Assembly: GCA_964537215.1 (NCBI GenBank)
Contig: CAZIBI010000018.1
Span: 16,122 to 80,121 of the forward strand
Source: an uncultured Ignavibacteria bacterium
GTDB taxonomy: Bacteria > Zixibacteria > MSB-5A5 > CAIYYT01
Direction of reading: 5' to 3'
Length of the DNA: 64,000 nucleotides
Positions within the stretch are counted from its first letter, which is position 1, and each line of letters starts with the position of its first letter. Shown here in pieces: positions 54,468-62,756 of the stretch. Position numbers and translations under genes: made by a program. The notes below the pieces were generated by a model. It worked only from the letters and a program-made list of their open reading frames with translations. It had not been told where the DNA came from and made no database searches.

Positions 54468-55706
54468 ATGAGTGAATTAATAAACAACGCCAGCAAACGC
54501 CGAGAATTGCTGAAGCACCTGATATTGCAATTGCACAAGGGCGAGGCCGCCGACCAGGTGCGGACGCAGTTGCAGCGCATTCTTGGCCAGGTACCCTACG
54601 ATGAAGTCATGGCTGTCGAAAAAGAATTGATCGACGAGGGTCTGCCGTTGACGGAAGTGTTGAAGATGTGCGACATCCACAGTGCTGCGCTCAAAGGCGG
54701 AATCGATACTTCGGCGGCCAAATCCGCGCCGGCTGGGCATCCGGTTGATACGTTGCTGAAAGAAAATCGTGCGATCGAATGGGAACTTGAAGGGCTGAAG
54801 AAGGCATACGCGGTGGTGGATTCCGGCGCGACCGGAGATGCGCTCAAGGATGCAGTGGCGCAAGTTCGCTCAAACCTGCACAAGCTATACGATGTCGACA
54901 AACACTACCGGCGCAAAGAGAATCTGATCTTCCCGTTCCTGGAAAAGCACGGAATCACCGGACCGCCAACTGTGATGTGGGGAAAGCATGATCAGATTCG
55001 CGAATTGCTCAAGGCCGCGATTGCGACATTCGAGCAGACGGAGGAGTTCAATGCTGACGAAGCGCGCACATTGGTGGAACTGGTCTATAGACCGGCGTCG
55101 GACGGCATCGAAGATATGATCTTTAAGGAAGAGCAGATTCTCTTCCCGATGTGCATGGACACGCTTTCGGAACAAGAGTGGTGGCAAGTACATAATCAGA
55201 GTCTGGAAATCGGGTTCTGCTTGTTTGATCCGACAGATGATTGGATGCCATCAGGGGAAACTGCTGTTGCGGGCGAAGGCATGAATGATGAAGGGCGGAT
55301 CCAGTTGCCGTCCGGGAGTATGACTCCAACCGAGTTGAATGCAATCTTGAACACGATCCCGTTTGACCTGACCTTTGTGGACAAGGACGATACGGTGCGT
55401 TATTTCACGCAAGGGCGGGAGCGTATCTTCGATCGCAATCGAGCAATCCTGGGACGCAAGGTGCAACTTTGCCATCCGCCGCACAGCGTGCATATCGTCC
55501 AACGGATCATCGAAGACTTCCGTTCGGGCAAGCAATCGCGGGCGCCGTTTTGGATTACGATCAAGGGGCGATTCATTCATATCGAATATTTTGCGCTGCG
55601 CGACAAGCAGGGCGAGTATCTCGGAACGCTTGAAGTCAGCCAGGACTTAACGGACAAGCGCGCGCTCGAAGGTGAACAACGCCTGCTTGAATACATGAAA
55701 GACTAA
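54468..55706 (+). CDS. DUF438 / hemerythrin-like / PAS three-domain protein (putative redox or gas sensor)
   Basis: 412 aa. N-terminal DUF438-like region. Central hemerythrin-like segment ('ENRAIEWELEGL...HYRRKENLIFPFLEKHG...WGKHDQIRELL'). C-terminal PAS-like domain ('LNAILNTIPFDLTFVDKDDTVRYFTQGRERIF...GRKVQLCHPP'). Confidence 0.6.
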   Translation: MSELINNASKRRELLKHLILQLHKGEAADQVRTQLQRILGQVPYDEVMAVEKELIDEGLPLTEVLKMCDIHSAALKGGIDTSAAKSAPAGHPVDTLLKENRAIEWELEGLKKAYAVVDSGATGDALKDAVAQVRSNLHKLYDVDKHYRRKENLIFPFLEKHGITGPPTVMWGKHDQIRELLKAAIATFEQTEEFNADEARTLVELVYRPASDGIEDMIFKEEQILFPMCMDTLSEQEWWQVHNQSLEIGFCLFDPTDDWMPSGETAVAGEGMNDEGRIQLPSGSMTPTELNAILNTIPFDLTFVDKDDTVRYFTQGRERIFDRNRAILGRKVQLCHPPHSVHIVQRIIEDFRSGKQSRAPFWITIKGRFIHIEYFALRDKQGEYLGTLEVSQDLTDKRALEGEQRLLEYMKD

Positions 55707-55720
55707 GGGAAGGGAACAGT

Positions 55721-56263
55721 ATGGCTCAAGTTGAAATTCTCACGATCACACCCGACACAAAGATCGGACCGCTGTTGGACCGGTATCCACAGTTGGAGGC
55801 GCCGCTGATGAGATTGTCGCCGGCGTACGCGAAACTACGCAATCCGCTTTTGCGCAAGACAGTCGCCAAGGTCGCGACGCTGCAGCAAGTAGCCAAGATC
55901 GGCGAAGTGCCGATCGGGGTTTTGATCAACACGCTGCGGAAGGAACTCGGGATCGAGGAGAAGTGGAGCGGCGGAAGCGGCGAGAAGTCGGATCGCGGCG
56001 ATGTTCCAGACTGGTTCGCACAGGCGAAGATCTCGATGTTGCTGGATGCGGCTCCGATACTCGAAGCGGGCGAGCACCCGCTCAATCGCGTCATGAGTGA
56101 TTTGCAAAAACTGGAACCGGGCGCGATCTACGAACTGGTGACGCCATTCGTGCCGGCGCCGCTGTTGGACGCAGTGAGCAAGAAGGGATTCGAGGTCTGG
56201 TCGCAAAAGCAGTCGGACGGGACGGTGCGATCGTATTTTTGCCGAAATTCGTTTGAGGTGTAG
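55721..56263 (+). CDS. DUF1858 plus DUF2249-like two-domain protein
   Basis: Starts 15 nt after the DUF438 gene. N-terminal 'ITPDTKIGPLLDRYPQLEAPLMRLSPAYAKLRNPLLRKTVAKVATLQQVAKIGEVPIGVLINTL' resembles DUF1858 (ScdA-N-like). C-terminal 'EAGEHPLNRVMSDLQKLEPGAIYELVTPFVPAPLLDAVSKKGFEVW' resembles the DUF2249 / TusA-like fold. Confidence 0.5.
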   Translation: MAQVEILTITPDTKIGPLLDRYPQLEAPLMRLSPAYAKLRNPLLRKTVAKVATLQQVAKIGEVPIGVLINTLRKELGIEEKWSGGSGEKSDRGDVPDWFAQAKISMLLDAAPILEAGEHPLNRVMSDLQKLEPGAIYELVTPFVPAPLLDAVSKKGFEVWSQKQSDGTVRSYFCRNSFEV

Positions 56264-56288
56264 ATAACTTAGGACAGAGTTCGGGCAG

Positions 56289-56741
56289 CTACAGCTGCTT
56301 CTCCATCTGCAGTGCGTCGCAGTCGTCTTCGTAGTACTTGGCGACGCGGCCGGTGATTTCGTAGCCGGCCTCTTTGTATAGGGCAATGGCGCGTTTGTTG
56401 TCGGCGCGAACTTCCAAAGTGAAGCGATCACAGCCGCGACGGCGTGCTTCTTTTAGACAGACTTCAAGCAAACGCTTGCCAAGACCGCGACCCTGTAAAG
56501 CTGGATCGACAGCGATTGTGTACAAATGCGCTTTAGTGGAGTTCTTGCGCCAGAGAACGATGGCTGATCCAGAAATGACTTTTCCGACGGTCAGCACGAA
56601 GGCGGTAGAGTTGGCTTTGGCGATCAGGTAGCGGTACTGTTTGCGTGTGAAGAGATCGAATTCGAAGCTGCGGTTTTCCAACTCGACCATGCCGCTTAAG
56701 TCTTCTTTGCGCACTCTGCGGACGCGGATAGTTTGCGACAT
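56289..56741 (-). CDS. GNAT-family N-acetyltransferase
   Basis: ATG at 56741 overlaps the upstream TGA (TGATG). Acetyl-CoA motif 'LYTIAVDPALQGRGLGKRLLEVCLKEARRRG' and motif B 'RAIALYKEAGYEITG'. Confidence 0.8.
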   Translation of the reverse strand: MSQTIRVRRVRKEDLSGMVELENRSFEFDLFTRKQYRYLIAKANSTAFVLTVGKVISGSAIVLWRKNSTKAHLYTIAVDPALQGRGLGKRLLEVCLKEARRRGCDRFTLEVRADNKRAIALYKEAGYEITGRVAKYYEDDCDALQMEKQL

Positions 56742-57625
56742 CAACCCCAATCACCCACAAGATACGTTATCAGTTTTTCATACAGTTCCGGCGCTTCCTG
56801 GTCTTCCTCGTCTTGATTGATGGTCGGGTTGTCGTTGACTTCGATTACGAGGTAGCCGTCGTCGGCTTGCTTGAGATCGACGCCGTAGAGGCCGGTGCCA
56901 ATCGCCGCGGCTGCCTGCACGGCAACGTTGATCAACTCCGGGTCGGCTTCGCTGATCGGGATGCCCTTGACTTCACCATAGATGGCACGACCCGCGTCGG
57001 TATAGGTCATGATCTTCCAACGTTTTTTGGGAATCATATACTGGCAGACGAATAACGGCTCGCCGGCAAGTACGCAAACACGCCAGTCGAATTGAGAGCG
57101 GACGAATTTCTGTGCGACAACGCGATCGGCGCGGCGCAGATAACGGGTGCCGACAGCCACGAATTCCTCCGGAGTAGCGACCTTTTCCACATACATCGAA
57201 AAACTCGAGTTAGGCGCCTTAAGAACAAGGGGCGCACCCATCGCTTCGAGCAGCCTTGCGCCGGTGGCGTGGTTCAGATCGGATTCGATCAGGAACTGTG
57301 TTTCCGGCATCGGCACATTTTTGTCCTGCAGATGGCGGTACATGTTGACCTTGTCGCAGCAGATGTAGATTGACTCGGGGTCGTCGATGACGCGGAGCCC
57401 GTTCATTTGGGCGAGACGGGCGGCGACGTAGGAACTATTGAGCGGGTCGGTCAGTGCGCGAATGAAGATGGCGTCGTAGCCGGGAATCTTGTACATGTCG
57501 GGGCGAAAGAGGAAATCCAGGCGGTGGCCGAGCATGTGCGCGACCTGGCCGAGTTTCATCAAGGCTCCCATTTGCTCCGAGCTGCTCATGGTGTAGCGCT
57601 CGACGAAGACACCTATGTTAGCCAA
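56741..57625 (-). CDS. RimK-type ATP-grasp ligase (alpha-L-glutamate ligase-like amidoligase)
   Basis: 294 aa. Aligns by eye with E. coli RimK: 'YDAIFIR' (FDAVIPR), 'CCDKVNMYRHLQD' (ARDKLRSMQLL), 'GAPLVLKAPNSS' (GAPLVVKLVEGT), 'GVDLKQADDGYLVIEVNDNP' ([20 protein letters not shown]). Coupled to flanking genes by overlapping stop/start codons. Confidence 0.75.
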   Translation of the reverse strand: MANIGVFVERYTMSSSEQMGALMKLGQVAHMLGHRLDFLFRPDMYKIPGYDAIFIRALTDPLNSSYVAARLAQMNGLRVIDDPESIYICCDKVNMYRHLQDKNVPMPETQFLIESDLNHATGARLLEAMGAPLVLKAPNSSFSMYVEKVATPEEFVAVGTRYLRRADRVVAQKFVRSQFDWRVCVLAGEPLFVCQYMIPKKRWKIMTYTDAGRAIYGEVKGIPISEADPELINVAVQAAAAIGTGLYGVDLKQADDGYLVIEVNDNPTINQDEEDQEAPELYEKLITYLVGDWG

Positions 57626-58302
57626 GCATCGACTCGTTTCTGGAGATAGAATCGTTCGCGATCATTGAGCTTTGCGAACGGGAGCGGATTGATATCACTA
57701 AGCAGGATGGATTCGTCGCGCAGCTGAATGATGCGCACAACGGCGAGGGGAATCCGCAGCACCCGCCAGATTGCTTCCGCGAGCGGCCGATGCGCAGGAA
57801 CGACACTCCAGCCAAGTATGGCGCGGAAGGTTCCGATCTTGGCGCCGCTAGGAATTTCCTGACAGCAAATCGCGTATTTGAAATTGCGCGTCATCGATTT
57901 TGCGACGCGGTCGACATGACCGTGTCTTTCGACTATGCTATGCCGCGTCATGAAGGGATTGATGGTATCGATAATGACAGGCGGCTCGAAGTGGCCGTTA
58001 GTTATGTACCACTCGGGGACCGGGACGTCGTTGAGCCTTGCTTTTTCGAGCATAAGCGGCGTGATGTAGGCATCGAGCGCTTCTTTACAAGTCGGGTGGA
58101 TCGTCAAGCCGTCGGCTTCGAGATCCAGTGAGTTATAGTATCCAGTTTCAAGGTAATTGTAGTTGCCGGCGAGATTGACCAGGCAGTTTTCATCGCGCAG
58201 GCGGGCGAGGAATCGCTGCCCCCGGGGTTTTGGAATCGTGGAGTCGAGTCGTGTCAACTCCGCGACGATGTTCGTGCTATTACTGTCCTCGTCCGATTGC
58301 AT
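57613..58302 (-). CDS. Hypothetical protein co-operonic with RimK-type ligase and GNAT (possible RLAN-type accessory domain)
   Basis: 229 aa. No motif I can name with certainty. Its 3' end overlaps the ligase start by 13 nt, implying translational coupling. Confidence 0.35.
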   Translation of the reverse strand: MQSDEDSNSTNIVAELTRLDSTIPKPRGQRFLARLRDENCLVNLAGNYNYLETGYYNSLDLEADGLTIHPTCKEALDAYITPLMLEKARLNDVPVPEWYITNGHFEPPVIIDTINPFMTRHSIVERHGHVDRVAKSMTRNFKYAICCQEIPSGAKIGTFRAILGWSVVPAHRPLAEAIWRVLRIPLAVVRIIQLRDESILLSDINPLPFAKLNDRERFYLQKRVDAWLT

Positions 58303-58417
58303 GAAGGTCTTATGAGTGTTTTACCGATTTCCGCATCATGTTCCGCTATTATACTCCGCTTTATTCAATTGCGAAGCATTTTGTCAAATAAAGATCGACA
58401 ATTTCTTGAAATGAGAA

Positions 58418-59128
58418 TCAGGAAGGAACGATGAGTGTCGGAAGTCCCGGCAATGTAGCGCGGTAGAGAGTCAGGGCGCTCTCTTTGGGCATCTTGAGGA
58501 TGATCGTTTCGTGACCTAGCGGTCCCGAGATTGCCTGCTTGATATCGGCGATGGTATTTTGGAATTTTGATCGCGGTTTACCTTCGATGTCCGTACGAAC
58601 GTCGATTGTCAGACCTCCCGCCCAGAGGAGTTGGAAGCGCGACGGCAACTCGCGCTGCATCAGGTCGCCTTTGACATTGGTCGCTTCGCTAATGATCGCG
58701 AGAACAGAATCGGGAGTCATGTCTTGCGCGCCGAAGAGGTGTTTTTCCAAGATCGGGCGAACCAGCGTTCTCTTTTCGCCTAGGAAGTCGTCGGCGAAGT
58801 CCTTCAACTCCGAAGGGTCAGTTTCGAGGAGTTCCATTGGATACTCCCAAACCAAAACGCCATTCAGATGGAGTTGAATGCGCTGTTCGCGGAAATTCAA
58901 GACGAGATAGGGCTTCTTAGAGTCGGCCAGATTGAGTTCGGCTTTGATTAGGCGGTATTCTGATTCAGCGTCGGATTGATTCCACGGTTTGGTCTGCGAC
59001 GCGGATGCGCCGTCAGTTTTGGAGTCGCCGCCGCCACAGGAGATGCAGACTGACAGCGCCAATGCTGAAAGAGCCATAAGAGGCAGCATATTCCAGTTGC
59101 CGCCGGTCTGCTTAGAAGATGTAAACAT
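58418..59128 (-). CDS. Lipoprotein, function unknown; last gene of the L,D-transpeptidase operon
   Basis: Lipobox 'SVCISCGGG'. Start ambiguous: the track's GTG at 59173 overlaps the upstream gene by 62 nt, and the ATGs at 59128 or 59089 reduce or remove the overlap. Confidence 0.4.
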   Translation of the reverse strand: MFTSSKQTGGNWNMLPLMALSALALSVCISCGGGDSKTDGASASQTKPWNQSDAESEYRLIKAELNLADSKKPYLVLNFREQRIQLHLNGVLVWEYPMELLETDPSELKDFADDFLGEKRTLVRPILEKHLFGAQDMTPDSVLAIISEATNVKGDLMQRELPSRFQLLWAGGLTIDVRTDIEGKPRSKFQNTIADIKQAISGPLGHETIILKMPKESALTLYRATLPGLPTLIVPS

Positions 59129-59759
59129 AGGTTCCGACCGGGGTCTGCTTATAGAGCGAGTCCAGATCTTCACTTCCTAATCTTACACAACCGTGTGTTA
59201 CGTTTACACCAAGGAGTCGTTCGTAGATTGTACCATGGATAAAGAAGCCGTCGCCAAAGTCGAGGGCATAGTCGCCCATGACGTTGGGGTCAAGGCGATC
59301 CGATTCTTTCTTGGGGACTTCTTCGCCCTCTTCAATGAATGCCCAGTCGGGTTTGCGCCACCAGGGCTCAGTTACTTTTCGGCGAATCTTGAAAATGCCG
59401 CGCGGGGTATTGAATATCCACTTCCGTCCGGTGACCGAATCAATCAATTCACCACCCGAACCGGTGGAGCAGCGGGCATCAAGCAGAATCTTATCTTTGG
59501 TACGCATGTAAATGCGATTGGCATGGGTATCGATGACGATATAGGGTTTGGCCGGAGTCAGTTTTTCAAGAGTCTTGCGTGCGGTTGCAAGTTCCTTTTG
59601 CGCCTTCTTTTCGTCCTTGGGCAGTTCAGTCATCAAAGTGTCGACCGAATAGCCTTCGGCGATAACTTCTGGTTGTTCGCGATTGATCGCCAGGACAAAG
59701 AATGCGATGGCGGCAATCGTGAAGACCGGCAGGATAACGAATAAGACTAACTTCTTCAT
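59112..59759 (-). CDS. L,D-transpeptidase (YkuD domain)
   Basis: ATG at 59759 overlaps the upstream TGA (ATGA). Signal/TM 'LVLFVILPVFTIAAIAFFVLAI'. Catalytic 'FFIHGTIYERLLGVNVTHGCVRL' (His...Cys motif). Confidence 0.8.
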   Translation of the reverse strand: MKKLVLFVILPVFTIAAIAFFVLAINREQPEVIAEGYSVDTLMTELPKDEKKAQKELATARKTLEKLTPAKPYIVIDTHANRIYMRTKDKILLDARCSTGSGGELIDSVTGRKWIFNTPRGIFKIRRKVTEPWWRKPDWAFIEEGEEVPKKESDRLDPNVMGDYALDFGDGFFIHGTIYERLLGVNVTHGCVRLGSEDLDSLYKQTPVGTYVYIF

Positions 59760-60832
59760 GGCCACTGATCCGATTTTCTAACGATGGTAACCGGCGTTCC
59801 AACTGATACAAACTTCATGATATGATCCATATCGCTATTCGTCAGTGCTACGCAGCCTTCCGTCCAGTCGCGGTTCTTTCCGCCGTCGCCGTGGATTTCA
59901 ATCCAGCCGCCGATGCGAGCACGTTTGGAAATGACGCCTTTGCGTTTATTGTCGGCGAAGCGTTTTCTGTCATAGTCATTTGGGTAATCCAATAATAGTG
60001 CACGATAGAACTTACTTCTATTGTTTTCTTTGACTACCCGATATTTCCCTTCCGGGGTGGCGGCGTCACCAGAGAAGAGTTTCTGTCTCGATGAATTATA
60101 ACCGAGTTCCGAGTCATAGGTGCGCAGTAATTTGCCGCCTTTGACCAGATAGGTCTTGTGCGCGACCTTATCCACTATCACAGCATAACTGTTGGCGGCG
60201 CGGGAAAGTTCCAAGGTCTCTGTGACCCAGCGGCGCCAGATGCTGATTTGGCGGGATTCGTCTTGTTGATGTTCTTCGAGCGCAGCGCCAACCTGCTTGA
60301 GGAAATTGCGTGCTTTGAGCATGGAGACGCGCGCTTCGTCGTATTCGCCAGTTGCCAAGAGCTTGCGGGCCATATCCAGGTTGAGGCGGGCACGCTGCCA
60401 GTCGTCGCGGGTGTTGAAATTCGCCAGCGATCCGTTGAGGGCTTCGTTCCATTCTTCAAGCTCGGTGTTCAATTCGGCGAGATTGGTTTGGGAGACTGTT
60501 CGGACAGTTTCGATGCTGTCGATTGCCTTGGTGCGGGCTTCGGTAGCCCGGCGATAAGCCATCGCCAGAATCGAATCTGCGTTGTCGAAATCGCGGAATG
60601 GCGCCAGCTTGCCATTTTCGCGTGCCATTGCCATCCAGCCAGTGTTAACGAGTTGTTCGGCATCGCGATAGATGACCTCGGCATAGCGAATAGCGCCGGC
60701 ATCTTCCGCCAAGCGCAAAGCTTGCCGGGCGTTTTCAAGGCTAAGCACCGGCGGGTCTTCGCAGCCGGCAAAGAGGAAGACCAGAGCCGATAGGACTAGG
60801 AGTAGTAGAGAAGCTCGTCTGAAGTAGCGCAC
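59756..60832 (-). CDS. L,D-transpeptidase (YkuD domain) lipoprotein with N-terminal helical domain
   Basis: GTG at 60832 lies 6 nt after GGGGA and gives the signal peptide 'MRYFRRASLLLLVLSALVFLFAGC' (lipobox); the track TTG at 60868 is less likely. Catalytic 'WIEIHGDGGKNRDWTEGCVAL'. Confidence 0.75.
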   Translation of the reverse strand: MRYFRRASLLLLVLSALVFLFAGCEDPPVLSLENARQALRLAEDAGAIRYAEVIYRDAEQLVNTGWMAMARENGKLAPFRDFDNADSILAMAYRRATEARTKAIDSIETVRTVSQTNLAELNTELEEWNEALNGSLANFNTRDDWQRARLNLDMARKLLATGEYDEARVSMLKARNFLKQVGAALEEHQQDESRQISIWRRWVTETLELSRAANSYAVIVDKVAHKTYLVKGGKLLRTYDSELGYNSSRQKLFSGDAATPEGKYRVVKENNRSKFYRALLLDYPNDYDRKRFADNKRKGVISKRARIGGWIEIHGDGGKNRDWTEGCVALTNSDMDHIMKFVSVGTPVTIVRKSDQWP

Positions 60833-60883
60833 TGTTGATCCCCGCAAATCAACGGATGTACCGTTCAAATTAGAAATTAATCG

Positions 60884-60909
60884 GGGGACAGCGTTTCCGT
60901 TGTCCCCCG
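60884..60909 (-). terminator. Strong hairpin (11 bp stem with one G-U) downstream of the DUF4398-like lipoprotein gene
   Basis: GGGGGACAGCG-tttc-CGTTGTCCCCC, followed on the minus strand by GATTAATTTCTAATTT. Confidence 0.5.
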
Positions 60910-60944
60910 GACTTATGCACGTACCTTATAGTATCGGCTAAGTG

Positions 60945-61544
60945 CTACATGCACTTTTTGCCCTTGGCTTCGTACGCTTTGCAAATCTCAGCCGTGATAG
61001 AAGCTATCCGCGACTTGATCGATTCGAATTTCGTGCGAGCTACCAAGTACTTTCCGCCGTTGAAGTCGCCTTCGGCAACTGTCCACTCGGAACCAAGATT
61101 GGTAAGGTCGTTCTTAATCAGTTCCAATTCCGCTTTATTGTCCTTGCCTTTGGGGGCTTTGTCAAGCAGGACCATGGCAGAATCAAGCATTCCCTTGATT
61201 TCGCCCATCATGGTGGTCACTTCAGCTTTGACTCTTTCCTTTTCGGCGTTGGCTTGATTGACGACGTCAGTCGACATCGTGGCGACGCGTTCAAACATAG
61301 CCTTGGACTCGCCGTAGCTACGGAACAGGGCGAACTTGCCATCCTGCTCGGTCTTCTTGGCGTTGGCGGCGTTAAGAGAATCTGACAACATACGGAAAGC
61401 CTGCGGAGCGTACTGCTCGGCTTCAGCGGCCTTAGCGTTGTTGATTGCGCTTTGCGCGGCAGCCATTTCGGCTTCCGGCGGCTTGCTGCAGCCTGCCATT
61501 ACTATCAACGAAATAGCAATAACAGCTAACAATGCCTTTCTCAT
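60945..61544 (-). CDS. Alpha-helical lipoprotein (DUF4398-like)
   Basis: SD AAAGGAAG upstream of the ATG at 61544. Lipobox 'VMAGCSK'. Ala/Lys/Glu-rich, coiled-coil-like. 199 aa. Confidence 0.5.
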   Translation of the reverse strand: MRKALLAVIAISLIVMAGCSKPPEAEMAAAQSAINNAKAAEAEQYAPQAFRMLSDSLNAANAKKTEQDGKFALFRSYGESKAMFERVATMSTDVVNQANAEKERVKAEVTTMMGEIKGMLDSAMVLLDKAPKGKDNKAELELIKNDLTNLGSEWTVAEGDFNGGKYLVARTKFESIKSRIASITAEICKAYEAKGKKCM

Positions 61545-61842
61545 TTTGGTACTTCCTTTCTTTCCTCGATAGGAGCGGTTAAAAAAAAAGGACACGCGAA
61601 AGCTGCCTTAAGCTTACACCCATCCCACAAGGTTGTTTTGTTCAGTTAACTAATTTTTTCATGTCCCCCGGATTTTTCAATCCGGCACTATCCGTCAGAT
61701 TGCTCGGAATTCGCAACATTCCACTCACGCTTGCGCATCCTTTCACAATCCCTCATCAGACAAGGGGCGAATAAATGGTGTGTTATGAACTCTGTCAACA
61801 AGTTTTTAATATAACTTATTAATTCTTAGTAATTTTGTCTTG

Positions 61843-61880
61843 AAACCAAAAAACGGGCGCAAATTGCTTTGCGCCCGTTG
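61843..61880 (-). terminator. Rho-independent terminator (minus strand) after lipoprotein gene 61947-62450
   Basis: Minus-strand hairpin AACGGGCGCAAA-gcaatt-TTTGCGCCCGTT followed by TTTTTGG. Confidence 0.6.
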
Positions 61881-61946
61881 GGGGATCACTGCCGACGTCG
61901 CTGCCGGCTCAAGATTTTGCCGCCGTCAGCAGACAATCACCGGATC

Positions 61947-62450
61947 TTAGAAGTTCTTCATTTGCAAGAAGTTAGTCTCGAATTCGTCATCGTCAATGAT
62001 CTCGCCGCGCACGATTGCCTGACTGCACACGCCGAAGTCGGATAACTGGACTGATTCTCCCTGAAGACCGATTAACTCTGAATTTGCAGTGACGTGCCCG
62101 ATCCAAGTCTTGAAGCTACCCTGCATTTCCATGAGCCTAATTGTCAGGGTTTCAACATCGAAACCGACAATGAGTCCGGTAAACTCAATAGGCACAACGA
62201 AATCATCGGCAACGAACCGGGTGTTGAACTCGGTTGCGGTGCGGGCATCCCGGCCGGTTTGCGGGTTCTGGACGCTGTTCGAGGTGCCGGTAGTCTCGGT
62301 TGTGACTTGTCTGCCGCCGAGTGTCGTGGTAGCAATTTGTTTGTTATCTGACGGCGCCATCGGAGTTTGCGTTGAGCAGCCGACCGCAGCGAGTTGAACT
62401 GCGCCACCGAGTAGAAGCGACAAAGCCGCATTCTTCCAATTTTTGTTCAC
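61947..62450 (-). CDS. Lipoprotein, function unknown
   Basis: GTG at 62450 lies 4 nt after SD GGGAGGG; the track ORF to 62684 has a low-complexity Ser/Arg-rich extension and was judged spurious. Lipobox 'AAVGCST'. Confidence 0.45.
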   Translation of the reverse strand: MNKNWKNAALSLLLGGAVQLAAVGCSTQTPMAPSDNKQIATTTLGGRQVTTETTGTSNSVQNPQTGRDARTATEFNTRFVADDFVVPIEFTGLIVGFDVETLTIRLMEMQGSFKTWIGHVTANSELIGLQGESVQLSDFGVCSQAIVRGEIIDDDEFETNFLQMKNF

Positions 62451-62756
62451 ATTTCCCTCCCGAAGGTATCCAATAAATCCAGTAAGTCCGACAGCATCGA
62501 CAGTGGGTTCAGATGACAGAGGTGGATGCCGGGCGGTTCGTACACTTGCAGAATGAAAAATAGAGAATATGGAGCGATTTTTTGAGTACGACTTAGTTTT
62601 CGGTGAAGACCGGGAATGCAAACTCGCAGAATGTCGTAATCCGCTTGACTTGAGCGGGTTATTTCGATTCATTCGACTGCTCAAGGTTTTGAGTGCCCTG
62701 CTGAAGTCAGCGGGACAGGCATCAATACTAGGAATTAATCACGAAAGTAACAAGGA

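Noticed and set aside
61947-62684. Full 245 aa version of the lipoprotein ORF
   Set aside because: The first 77 aa are Ser/Arg/His-rich low-complexity sequence with no SD. An SD-supported GTG at 62450 gives a canonical lipoprotein signal peptide.
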